Part shown: one piece after another, positions 29,163 to 39,054 of the stretch
Position numbering within the stretch: the stretch's first letter is position 1
How the letters are laid out: each line of letters begins with the position of its first letter
Assembly: GCA_964607285.1 (NCBI GenBank)
Contig: CAZSJW010000001.1
Span: forward strand, 134,716-198,715
Direction: 5' to 3'
Source: an uncultured Pseudomonadales bacterium
GTDB lineage: Bacteria; Patescibacteriota; Microgenomatia; UBA1400; PJMF01
DNA: 64,000 nucleotides
Notes under the pieces: model-generated
Told to the model about the DNA's origin: nothing
Databases searched by the model: none
Seen by the model: only the letters and a program-made list of their open reading frames with translations
Position numbers and translations under genes: made by a program

Positions 29163-30842
29163 ATGGAAATATTTTTCGAATTATCTATGGTGTTACTGCT
29201 CACAACTGTCATCAGTTTTTTGATGCGGTGGTTAAAACAGCCCTTAGTGGTAGGGTATATTCTGACTGGAATAGTAGCGGGACCGAGTGTGCTAAACGTT
29301 ATTCATTCTACAGAAACACTTGAGCTGTTCTCTAAGTTGGGGATTGCTCTGTTGCTGTTTATTGTTGGACTAAGTCTCAACCCTAAAGTAATTAAAGAAG
29401 TTGGGAGTGTTTCACTTGCCACCGGCGTTGGACAAGTTCTTTTTACTGCAATAATTGGTTTTGTCATAGCATTGCTGCTTAAACTTGACGCAGTAGCAGC
29501 TCTGTACGTCAGCATCGCATTGACTTTTAGTAGTACCATTATTATTTTGAAGTTACTGTCAGATAAAGGTGAGCTGCAAACATTGTATGGGAAGATTGCC
29601 ATCGGCATGTTGTTAGTTCAAGACTTGATAGCTACAATTATATTGATTGTCGTTTCGTCTATTGGGAATGCAGATGGTGGATCGATAGGAGTTGTGATAG
29701 CAGCAACAATCGGGAAGGGGTTGTTGTTATCTGTAGGGGTTTTTGCAAGCATGCGCTGGGCGATTCCTGCAATTACTCGTGCAGCTAGCAAAAGTACTGA
29801 GCTGCTCTTTATTTTCGCGCTTACTTGGGGGCTTGGGCTTGCAAGTGTCTTTCAATATGTTGGATTCTCGGTAGAGATAGGAGCATTGATCGCTGGTGTA
29901 GTTCTGTCTGGAACGGTAGTTGCAGAAGAAATTGGATCTAGAATGCGACCTCTGAGAGACTTTTTCATTATTCTGTTTTTTGTTCTGTTAGGATCGAGTT
30001 TGGTGTTGGATTTATCTGCGCACATTCTTGTACCTGTCATTGTTTTCTCACTGTTTGTACTGCTTGGAAACCCAATCATCGTTGTGGTTCTTATGAACTT
30101 ACTCGGGTATCACAAAAAAATTGGTTTCTTTACTGGTTTGACGGTCGCGCAAATCAGTGAGTTCTCGCTTATTTTAGCTACACTCGGGTTTCAGGTTGGC
30201 CATCTATCTCAGGATACGCTAACAATTATTACCCTGGTAGGGCTGATTACAATTGCTGGTTCCACGTATTTAATTTTGTATAGTCAAAAGTTGTATCCAC
30301 TGGTGCAAAATATTTTGCAGTATTTGGAACTGAGAAAAAGTGAAACCAAAACTCAGTCAAGAGGTTCGCGGTATGATGTGGTAATATTTGGTTTCAACAG
30401 ATCTGGACATGAGTTTTTGCAATTGGCTGAGGAACTTGGGTACTCTGTGGCTGTAGTAGATTTTGATCCTGAAACTGCAGATCGTTTACCAAACAAAAAA
30501 ATTCCTCTATTGTTTGGTGATGCGGGTAGTACTGAGTTTCTTGAGTCATTGCCTTTAACAAAATCAAAGTTGGTTATTACAACGCTGCCAGCTCACGATA
30601 CAAATATTTTGGTGACCAAGCATTTAGCATCTTTGAAGGGAAATCCTGTCGTGATTGCCTTTGCTCAGCATAAGTCGGAAGCATTGAGTCTCTATGATGC
30701 TGGTGCATCCTATGTTGTTTTGCCACAGCATGTTGGAGCACAGCACGTGCTGGGGATGGTGAAGCGGCTTGGGTTTAACTTAGAGAGTTTCTTGCGCAAG
30801 AAAGATGGCCATTTGCGAGAGTTGGCTGGGCGAGTGGCTTAG
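29163..30842 (+). CDS. CPA2-family monovalent cation:proton antiporter with a C-terminal TrkA-N/RCK domain (KefB-like).
   Basis: About 12 TM helices. The RCK Rossmann motif VVIFGFNRSGHEFLQ is present. Confidence 0.75.
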   Translation: MEIFFELSMVLLLTTVISFLMRWLKQPLVVGYILTGIVAGPSVLNVIHSTETLELFSKLGIALLLFIVGLSLNPKVIKEVGSVSLATGVGQVLFTAIIGFVIALLLKLDAVAALYVSIALTFSSTIIILKLLSDKGELQTLYGKIAIGMLLVQDLIATIILIVVSSIGNADGGSIGVVIAATIGKGLLLSVGVFASMRWAIPAITRAASKSTELLFIFALTWGLGLASVFQYVGFSVEIGALIAGVVLSGTVVAEEIGSRMRPLRDFFIILFFVLLGSSLVLDLSAHILVPVIVFSLFVLLGNPIIVVVLMNLLGYHKKIGFFTGLTVAQISEFSLILATLGFQVGHLSQDTLTIITLVGLITIAGSTYLILYSQKLYPLVQNILQYLELRKSETKTQSRGSRYDVVIFGFNRSGHEFLQLAEELGYSVAVVDFDPETADRLPNKKIPLLFGDAGSTEFLESLPLTKSKLVITTLPAHDTNILVTKHLASLKGNPVVIAFAQHKSEALSLYDAGASYVVLPQHVGAQHVLGMVKRLGFNLESFLRKKDGHLRELAGRVA

Positions 30843-30858
30843 TTAGCTACTGCACTGA

Positions 30859-30929
30859 TCCCGAACTAGGATTCGAACCTAGGATAACAGAGTCAGAATC
30901 TGTTGTGATGCCACTTCACTATTCGGGAA
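30859..30929 (-). tRNA. tRNA-Gln (anticodon CUG). The 3' CCA is not encoded.
   Basis: The minus-strand sequence TCCCGAATAGTGAAGTGGCATCACAACAGATTCTGACTCTGTTATCCTAGGTTCGAATCCTAGTTCGGGAT folds as a cloverleaf. The 7-bp acceptor stem is tcccgaa/ttcggga, the D arm is gtga/tcac, the anticodon loop is TTCTGAC and the T loop is TTCGAAT. The tRNA is followed by CAG rather than CCA. Confidence 0.8.
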
Positions 30930-31389
30930 TGAACAGATAGGATTATAGCCCATTCAAAACGAACACACTACTCCAAATTTAATGCTGGGTAACTATACAG
31001 AGAATACTCTTAGAGAGTGCATTGTACTGCGCTTGTAAAATATTCAACTCGAGAATTATGAGTTGTCTTTCATCGTAAATTTTGTCCATCTGATCTAAAA
31101 TATGAAGTTGCTCATCTTTCGAAGAGGGTTTTGGCATATCAAAATATCCAGTGAATACCGCACTCTATAGGTTTGCTTAAGCCACCAACTCTGCAATTTT
31201 CTGAGCAATCTGTTCTTTCGTAGATTCTGGGGTTATGGTAAGGTCTAGTTTTTCGATAACTGCTGTTGGGGTGTTGGACTGAAATTCTGACATACATATT
31301 CCATTATATTTCTATAAAGATACTGTCCATAATTTATCATACTAGGACAATTATCAATCGATATCGGTGCTGATTCACTTTGCACCAAA

Positions 31390-31689
31390 CTACTTCTTCT
31401 TCACCCCAACCAGCTCAATCTGACTAAACCGTTTCTTAATTTCCTCCCAAAACTTCTCCGCCACCCGATTTGAGTACTGCGCATGCACACCTCGCTCCAT
31501 ACCCGCACACAGCTTGCGCTCCCAAAATCTCATTACGTCTACCACATCGCGGCCAAAGGTGTGAAACTTATCACTCCACTGGTCGGGATCAACCACAAAA
31601 CCGTCATGGATTACTTGGAAGGTGTCGAACAACGCAACATTCTGTTCGGACATTAACTGATAATATTTTTTGTATTTTTGTGGTGGCAT
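31390..31689 (-). CDS. Hypothetical small protein (99 aa), 19 bp downstream of glgP on the same strand.
   Basis: ORF with Trp/His-rich sequence and no known motif. Probably co-transcribed with glgP. Confidence 0.35.
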   Translation of the reverse strand: MPPQKYKKYYQLMSEQNVALFDTFQVIHDGFVVDPDQWSDKFHTFGRDVVDVMRFWERKLCAGMERGVHAQYSNRVAEKFWEEIKKRFSQIELVGVKKK

Positions 31690-31707
31690 GAGTGCTGATT
31701 GTAAGGA

Positions 31708-33357
31708 CTAACTATATAGTTTGTCAATGTACTCTGTGAGCATTCGCTCAGCACTGAATTGTTTAGAAAGCTCAACTGATCGTTGCATCATCTGGATCCA
31801 GCCCGTAGGTAGATTGTTAGTGTCTCGCTCATAATACAGTGGCACAATATTTTGTTCAAAAGTTTGATAGGTGTTTTCCGAGATATTCATGTGGTCGAGC
31901 ACCCAGCCAGTGTCTGACCACTCGACTTCGGCTGCCCAACCATCGGCTACTGTGCACTGCAGAACACCGTTACTAATAGCTTTCATGCCCGAAGTCCCAC
32001 AGGCCTCTCGACCATACACAGGCGTATTGAGCCAAACATCCGAGCCACGGGTCAACATTTGAGCGACTTCGATAGAGTAGTTTGGCACAAACAGTGCCTG
32101 GCCGCATAACTCGTTTTGCATGTACTTGATTATCTCTTGCAGTTTGGCTTTAGCACCTGTGTCGCCCGCGTGCGCTTTGCCAGCAATAAGTAACTGGACG
32201 GGTTTTGTGCTGTGCTTCAAAATGTTGGTCAATCGGGCAATGTCAGCAAACAACAGAGGGAGCTGCTTGTAGTCGGCCAGACGACGTGCCCAGCTGATCA
32301 CCAAATGATCAGGATTAAAGCTGTACCCCGTCTTTTGACTAACAAAATCCGACAGCTGACGCTTGAGCTGCATGTGCCGATCCCACAGCTGAACAGGTTC
32401 TGAAACAACCAAGGGAATCTGCGAATCCTGCCAAGTAGGCATGTGTACCCCGTTGGTAATAGAAGTCCAGTGAAACTCTGGCCATGCTTCGGCCGATAAT
32501 TTGCTGTGTAGTTCACTGACCCCATTTGCTCGGGATGATGCGCTGAGGGCAAAAGGAGTAATGCCAAATGCACCCGGCTCTGGCGTTGCACCATCAGCTA
32601 GAAGCGTGTCAATACTGATTTTCATTTTGTCCGAGTAGTAGCGTCCAAAAACCCGCAGCAAATCCATGGAATATCCTTGGTTTCCAGCAGCGACCAAGGT
32701 ATGATTTGTGTAGACAGTTTTTTCTTTAGCCAGTTTTTTAGCAGAGTAGTAATCAATGCCATGTGTGTCCATGAGTTCTCTAATCAACTGCCAATGCAAA
32801 AATGCAGGCCGACCTTCATTGAGATGATATTTGAATGGTCTAATTCCCAGCGAATGCAGTAGTTTGACCCCTCCAATACCCAAGATCAATTGTTGTTTGA
32901 TCTGGCTTTCCTGCGTTCCCGAGTACAGCAACTGTGTAATAGAGCGTTCAGACAGCTGATTTTGATCAGTCTCGGCATCAAGTAGAAATAAGGTGACATT
33001 TGGTGAGTACGTTTTTTTCCAACAGCGCAACCAAACATCAACTTCGGTCATGTGGACTCGCACAAAAACTGGTTGCTCGTCCTGATACACATGCTCGAGG
33101 CCTGCTTCTAGTGGATCATACGGCATGTCTCTCTCAGTCTGCATACCATCTTCCGAAATGTCCTGAATTGCCTGATACCCACGATAGAGGAGTCCTACAG
33201 CAACAAATGGCATATCGCTGTCAGCAGCTTGTTTCACCGTATCACCAGCCAAAATGCCCAGCCCACCCGCGTACATTGGCAAGCGCTGCTCAAGCCCATA
33301 CTCGGCACAGAAGTAGGCAATAGGATTGCTAGCGGATAGTTGCGAACGGATGCTCAT
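31708..33357 (-). CDS. glgP: Alpha-glucan (glycogen/maltodextrin) phosphorylase, GT35 family.
   Basis: N-terminal YFCAEYGLEQRLPMYAGGLGILAGD, and the PLP-lysine region EACGTSGMKAISNGVLQ. Confidence 0.8.
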   Translation of the reverse strand: MSIRSQLSASNPIAYFCAEYGLEQRLPMYAGGLGILAGDTVKQAADSDMPFVAVGLLYRGYQAIQDISEDGMQTERDMPYDPLEAGLEHVYQDEQPVFVRVHMTEVDVWLRCWKKTYSPNVTLFLLDAETDQNQLSERSITQLLYSGTQESQIKQQLILGIGGVKLLHSLGIRPFKYHLNEGRPAFLHWQLIRELMDTHGIDYYSAKKLAKEKTVYTNHTLVAAGNQGYSMDLLRVFGRYYSDKMKISIDTLLADGATPEPGAFGITPFALSASSRANGVSELHSKLSAEAWPEFHWTSITNGVHMPTWQDSQIPLVVSEPVQLWDRHMQLKRQLSDFVSQKTGYSFNPDHLVISWARRLADYKQLPLLFADIARLTNILKHSTKPVQLLIAGKAHAGDTGAKAKLQEIIKYMQNELCGQALFVPNYSIEVAQMLTRGSDVWLNTPVYGREACGTSGMKAISNGVLQCTVADGWAAEVEWSDTGWVLDHMNISENTYQTFEQNIVPLYYERDTNNLPTGWIQMMQRSVELSKQFSAERMLTEYIDKLYS

Positions 33358-33440
33358 GGTGGGCAGGCTGCATGGATCTAGAACTAATAGCTGAAACTTG
33401 CTACAGTAATACTACTATAGTCGCACAGAGAAGGAAACCT

Positions 33441-34499
33441 ATGCAATACGAAGATATTGTCAACTTGCTTGGTGATGAGGCAGAAAGCCTGCTGAACCAT
33501 GTTTGTGAGAAGATACCTTCGTCAACTATCCATCATACTGGTAGACACCACGTAGAAGAGATTTTTGCCGTTTCTGATCGAACACCTGCCGTGTTGGATA
33601 GCCTGCACAGGTTGTATGGAAGTGGTAAATTAGCAGATACCGGGTATGTGTCAATTTTTCCTGTGGATCAGGGAATGGAGCATACTGCAGCCTACTCGTT
33701 TTATCAAAATCCCGCATTCTTTGATCCTGAAACAATTATTCGTCTTGCAGTTGAAGCACAGTGTTCGGGTGTTGCCTCAAACTTGGGAGTATTAGCGTTA
33801 TTCTCCAAAAAATATGCGCAAAGCATACCATTTATTGTAAAGCTAAATCATAGCGAACACCTTACATTGCCAGAAAAAGTCGACCAAATTCAGTTTGCGA
33901 GCGTAAAGCAAGCAAAAGAATTGGGTGCTGTTGCAGTTGGAGCGACAGTCTATTTTGGCTCTCCAGAGTCACATAGGCAAATTCATGAAATTTCTATAGC
34001 ATTTGCTCAAGCTCACGAACTGGGTATGGCTACCATTTTATGGTGCTATCCCAGAAATGATCGATACAAATCGGGAACAACGGATTACTCTGATTCTGTT
34101 GATATCACCTCACAAGCAATTCATATCGGTGCTACTATGGGTGCTGACATAGTAAAACAAAAACTTCCCACTGCTGCACATGGATTCCAAAACCTAAAGT
34201 TCAGCAAGTTCACAGATGCGATGTACGAAAAACTTCTTACTGATCACCCTATAGACTTGGTTCGCTACCAAGTTGCTCATGCATACATGGGAAGAATTGG
34301 GCTGATAAATTCTGGGGGAGAAAGTGGTGGTGAGAAAGACTTACAGGAGGCTGTGCGTACTGCTGTCATAAATAAACGTGGTGGTGGAAGTGGTCTTATT
34401 ATTGGAAGAAAAGTATTCAAAAGGCCATTTGCGGAAGGGGTAGAGTTGTTGACAGCCGTTCAAGATGTGTACTTGAGTGAGAGAATATCTATAGCATAG
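33441..34499 (+). CDS. fbaB: Class I fructose-bisphosphate aldolase (DhnA/FbaB type).
   Basis: It is collinear and highly similar along its whole length to E. coli FbaB. Examples are GYVSIFPVDQGMEHTAAYSF vs GYLSILPVDQGVEHSA, IPFIVKLNHSEH, GADIVKQK, LVRYQVAHAYMGRIGLINSGG and VINKRGGGSGLIIGRKVFKRP. Confidence 0.85.
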   Translation: MQYEDIVNLLGDEAESLLNHVCEKIPSSTIHHTGRHHVEEIFAVSDRTPAVLDSLHRLYGSGKLADTGYVSIFPVDQGMEHTAAYSFYQNPAFFDPETIIRLAVEAQCSGVASNLGVLALFSKKYAQSIPFIVKLNHSEHLTLPEKVDQIQFASVKQAKELGAVAVGATVYFGSPESHRQIHEISIAFAQAHELGMATILWCYPRNDRYKSGTTDYSDSVDITSQAIHIGATMGADIVKQKLPTAAHGFQNLKFSKFTDAMYEKLLTDHPIDLVRYQVAHAYMGRIGLINSGGESGGEKDLQEAVRTAVINKRGGGSGLIIGRKVFKRPFAEGVELLTAVQDVYLSERISIA

Positions 34500-34510
34500 A
34501 CTAGGAGCAT

Positions 34511-35704
34511 ATGAGTGAAATAGATTCGTTAGTGCCCGCAAGACACAAAGAACTCGGTTTTACAAGTAAAGAGTTGTCAGCAGAACACGGTTTGGAAATT
34601 GATACACGAGAGAAACCCTTGGTTGCTGTCATTCAGCGTGACGTGGGTGTTCCGGATGTAGCCACTCCTGTGTTTCAGTTTGTTTTTCAGGATAAACAGC
34701 AAGATGAACCAAGACATATTTCGCTTTGGGTAGAGTGGGTCGCTTTACATGAGGCACTTTCTCTGATTACAGATCTTAGTAAAAAACCTGATGAATTGAT
34801 GCTCACTGACTTATATGGTTGGCCTGTAAATGTTGTCTTAGACGATCTAACTTGGCAACAGATTCAGCAGCAGTGGGAGATTGATCAAACAGAGTCAAGT
34901 GCGGATCTTAGCCGCCAAATGCAACCAAAAATAAAGTTTGCGGCGGGCAAAGAGTCAGAATTTTCTCAAACTAAGCGTGTTGAAGTATCTATAGAGCAAC
35001 TTGAATTGAATGGTGAAACAGCATTTTTCTTCACGTACATGTCTGGTGCTGATAAAAAGGTTTTACGTAAAATCGGCAATCCTGGAGAAGTTGAGTTTGA
35101 ACTGATGGTTGGGGCAAGTTCATTTGCGGATTTTATGCTGAATCAGCCAGTTGCGCCAGAAATTTTTATTAGTGGTGAGACTCTGATACATGGAGGAGCA
35201 ATCTCTTCGACAGATTACTTTTTGCCAATTGCTACATTACGAGGTCTACACTCTGCACTCAAGGAGCAAGCTAAAGGACTAAAAACTGAAACAGTGGATG
35301 TAGAAACACTTTCAGCAGAGGTATCGGAATTAATAGACAAGTGGGCTCAGTTCCAAGCACGAGCCATTGCACAGAAAATTGAGAATAAGAAAATACTTGT
35401 GCCGCTGGTTGCCTTTTTTGGTGCTCTGAGTGTGGATGCGTATCTTTTGATACGATTGGCGATTGGATTTGTAAAACCAATTGAAAACTTTGACGTACTG
35501 TGTTGCATGGGTTTACCCTCATTCGCAACAACTGTTGCAACGTTTTCATGGATGATGAACTCTATAGACACTGCAAAGTCTGCTGTGAACGCGTCTGCAG
35601 CTGAGCAAAGCCAAGTGTGGACTGAAATTGATCAAAAAATGAAAGAATCCGTTCGCAGAGAAGTAGCAGTAATCAAAGCAACATTGAGAGGAAAAAATGG
35701 CTAA
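34511..35704 (+). CDS. Hypothetical protein with C-terminal transmembrane helices.
   Basis: 397-aa ORF. Two hydrophobic helices lie near the C-terminus (ILVPLVAFFGALSVDAYLLIRLAIGF; LCCMGLPSFATTVATFSWMM). Its stop overlaps the next ORF's start. Confidence 0.45.
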   Translation: MSEIDSLVPARHKELGFTSKELSAEHGLEIDTREKPLVAVIQRDVGVPDVATPVFQFVFQDKQQDEPRHISLWVEWVALHEALSLITDLSKKPDELMLTDLYGWPVNVVLDDLTWQQIQQQWEIDQTESSADLSRQMQPKIKFAAGKESEFSQTKRVEVSIEQLELNGETAFFFTYMSGADKKVLRKIGNPGEVEFELMVGASSFADFMLNQPVAPEIFISGETLIHGGAISSTDYFLPIATLRGLHSALKEQAKGLKTETVDVETLSAEVSELIDKWAQFQARAIAQKIENKKILVPLVAFFGALSVDAYLLIRLAIGFVKPIENFDVLCCMGLPSFATTVATFSWMMNSIDTAKSAVNASAAEQSQVWTEIDQKMKESVRREVAVIKATLRGKNG

Positions 35705-36011
35705 CGTACCTGAACTTGAAACCATTATTGACTCTCTTTTTTTATCAATGGATGTAGATCAAACCGTGGTTGAAAAAGCTAAGACTGCCATACATACGGC
35801 GATTATCCATGAGTTGCTGTATACGCTGAGTGTTCGTTTGCCAAAACAGGAGCAAGCAAAATATCTCTCAGGTGATGGAGCTCGCACCTCTTCAATTATT
35901 ACAGATTTATTTGAATATTTTGGTGAAGAGGAAGTAAAGAAGCAGTATAGAAAAATTGCCTTACTGAAAATTACAGATTTTCTTTCACACCTCAAACGGG
36001 CAAATTTGTAA
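35697..36011 (+). CDS. Hypothetical small protein (104 aa), translationally coupled to 34511-35704.
   Basis: The ATG overlaps the upstream stop (ATGGCTAA). No known motif. Confidence 0.4.
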   Translation: MANVPELETIIDSLFLSMDVDQTVVEKAKTAIHTAIIHELLYTLSVRLPKQEQAKYLSGDGARTSSIITDLFEYFGEEEVKKQYRKIALLKITDFLSHLKRANL

Positions 36012-36115
36012 TGACTGCTCGTATTTCTAGTAGCTTTCTGGTATAATTCATACTTCGTTACTTAGCGTTTTTTGCCGTACGCTTCACTAGTACACTTCAG
36101 GCTCAGAAAACATAC

Positions 36116-37934
36116 CATGCAGATCAGAAATATTGCTATTATTGCGCACGTTGACCACGGTAAAACTACCTTGGTGGATGGTATGCTCAAACAAACCCAT
36201 ACATTTCGAGACAACCAAGCAGAGATGACCCAAACAACGATCTTGGATAGCAACGATCTAGAGCGAGAACGGGGTATCACTATTCTTTCAAAAAATACTG
36301 TTGTTTTTTACAACGACTATAAAATAAACATTATTGACACACCAGGTCATGCCGATTTTAGTGGTGAGGTAGAGCGTGTTATCAGTATGGCTGATGGTGC
36401 GTTACTGATTGTTGATGCTGCTGAGGGACCTCTCCCACAGACAAGATTTGTTTTAGAGCAAGCACTAAAACAAGCCATGCCAATCATTGTCGTAGTTAAT
36501 AAAATTGACAGAAAAGATGCTGAACCAGAGAGGGTTTTACAAGAGGTAGAAGACTTATTTCTGCAAGTGGCTGAAGACGCAAGTCATTTAGACTTTCCAG
36601 TCATTTATGCAATTGGTCGTGAAGGCAAGGCATGGAATCATTTACCTGCAGATTGGAACGAGGACGCGACTCTTGAGCCTGTTTTTCAGCAAATTATCGA
36701 AACAGTGCCTGCACCCAAAGGTGATCCAAGCAAGCCTTTTAAAATGCAAATTTCCAATTTGGACTTTGACTCCTACAAAGGGATCTTTGCGGTTGGAAAA
36801 ATTTCCCAAGGCACAGTCAAACCTGGTCAACGTATAAGCTTGGTTCTCGAAAACACCGTACAAGGCACAGGCACCGTCCAGGAAGTGTTGACAAGCAAGG
36901 GACTTAGTCGAGTAAATACACCTGAAGCATTTGCTGGTGACATTGTGGCATTAACTGGACTAACGGACATCGCGATTGGTTTGACAGTCACTGATCCATC
37001 AGATCCAACTGGATACCCAGCTATATTTATAACTGAGCCAACATTGAGCATTCAAATCAATACCAATACCTCACCATTTAGTGGTCGCGAAGGTGAGTTT
37101 GTAACCATTCGTCAAATTGGTGATCGTTTACAACGCGAGCAAAAAACTAACATTGGTTTGCGCGTTACCGAAAATCAGCGAGGAAGTGGATTCATCGTAG
37201 CAGGTCGTGGAGAGTTGCACTTGGCCATCTTGATTGAAACAATGCGGCGTGAGGGCTATGAGTTTGAAGTCAGTAAGCCTGAGGTTATTATTAAAGAAAT
37301 AAATGGAGTAAAGTCGGAGCCAAGAGAAGAGCTGACTGTTGAAATAAGTCAGGATTATACAGGCGTCATCATGGAAGAACTATCGAAGCGAAGAGCGGAG
37401 CTTAAAGACTCCAGAACTGATGATAAAGGTGTGGTTCGTATGATTTTTGAACTGAGTAGTAAAAACTTACTAGGATTTCGCTCAGAAATTGTTTCCAAAA
37501 CTAGAGGAAATGGCTTATTCGCTAGTCGATTCCTGGGTTTTTTCCCAGTTTCAGCGGACATTATAGGTGTATTGCGTAATGGAGCTATTATTGCTTCAGA
37601 TACAGGGACTGCCACAGCGTACGCTTTAGAGTCTATTCAACAGAGAGGTTCAACATTTGTGGCACCTGGAGTAAACGTGTATGAAGGGCAAGTCATTGGA
37701 TTGCATAAGCGACAAGAAGATCTTGAGATGAATGCAGCAAAAGGAAAGAAACTGACTAACATGAGAGCTGCTAGTGCTGACCAGATGATTCAGCTCGCTC
37801 CCCCTGTAGATTTAAGCTTGGAGCAGTGTATTGACTTTATCCAGGATGATGAGTTACTTGAAGTTACACCACTGAGTTTACGTGTGCGCAAAAAGCACTT
37901 GAACAAAAATGAGCGGAACAAAGCTCGGAAGTAG
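36116..37934 (+). CDS. typA: Translational GTPase TypA/BipA.
   Basis: MQIRNIAIIAHVDHGKTTLVD (G1), DTPGHADF (G3) and NKIDR (G4), with an EF-G-like domain arrangement. Confidence 0.9.
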
Positions 37935-38006
37935 TGCAGGCTTCTTTCAGTATATGTAACATACACATTGATCAAAAAGTGTGTAATAAGTTATAATATA
38001 AGACTT

Positions 38007-39042
38007 ATGAACACCTATACCTCAGAGTATGAGCTGTTAGCGGGCAGGCTAGATATATTTCCTCAGCAGGAGTATCCACAGCTTGATCATGACACAGTAG
38101 ACTTGCTTAACATTCGATTAACAGAAATCGAAATGAGATCAAATAGAGTTCTCGGGACACCTGAAAGGCAAGCTGACTGGGCTACACTGACCATACTGGC
38201 AGGCAATGTTCGCAGGCTAGAGGCTGAGTTTGCGCAACAAACTGAGTACACAGATTTTTATGAGTATGCACAATCTGTGCTTGGCGAGGGTGTAACTGTG
38301 GTATTGAGTACCAATCAAATTGTTACTGTTTTAACAGTTTCAGAGCATCTGGATGCACTGCTGCAAACTCGTGCCAGCGATCCCAACTTTGGGTTTTTAC
38401 AGCTGGCAACTGAGATGATTCTTGGTCGAGCAGTACAGAATGCCTCGAGAAATGTTCGTGATTTTGCCACAGCTCAAACACTTTTCACACAAATGTTGGT
38501 AGAGCAAATGGATTCTGGTGATACATATGATGAGGCACTCGCTGCGGTTTGCGCGGACCTTGGTTTGTCTGTAGAACTTGGACAAGCGACAATTCAGTTT
38601 CTTGATCAATATTTAGAACATGTTGTAACAACAGGAGATACTACAGCTGCAGCGATTAAGCACGATATGGTTGAACAAGCAACATTAGCGGATTCATTTC
38701 CTGATGATCAGTCTCGAAACACTAGGGGTGTTTTTGATACCCCAAGAGGCTTACAATGAGCTCGTTGAGCAGTACAAACCAGTTACAGTAGCCAGTCCCA
38801 GGCACGAATCTGTGGAAGGTGTATCTCCTGGAATGGTAGCAGTTAAAGGTACTTCATTGATGCCTCCAGCACAAGCCGTTCAGCAAGAAGGGCATATACT
38901 CAAACGAATAGAAGAGATACTAGCTGGCACGTCAAATGGCACATACTTAGAAGGTGCCGCATCAGCAGTTCCGCTTTTAAGTGTTGCTGCTTGTGTATTC
39001 ATCTTCGCCATGTTTATCAAAGCGAAGCGCAGATTCCAGTAG
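38007..39042 (+). CDS. Hypothetical protein with a C-terminal TM anchor. It is probably one gene interrupted by a frameshift near a G4/T5 run at about 38725-38735.
   Basis: ORFs 37968-38759 and 38704-39042 overlap by 56 bp. The second ends in VPLLSVAACVFIFAMFIKAKRRFQ, a tail-anchor-like helix. Confidence 0.35.
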
Positions 39043-39054
39043 AGTTCCGCACCG

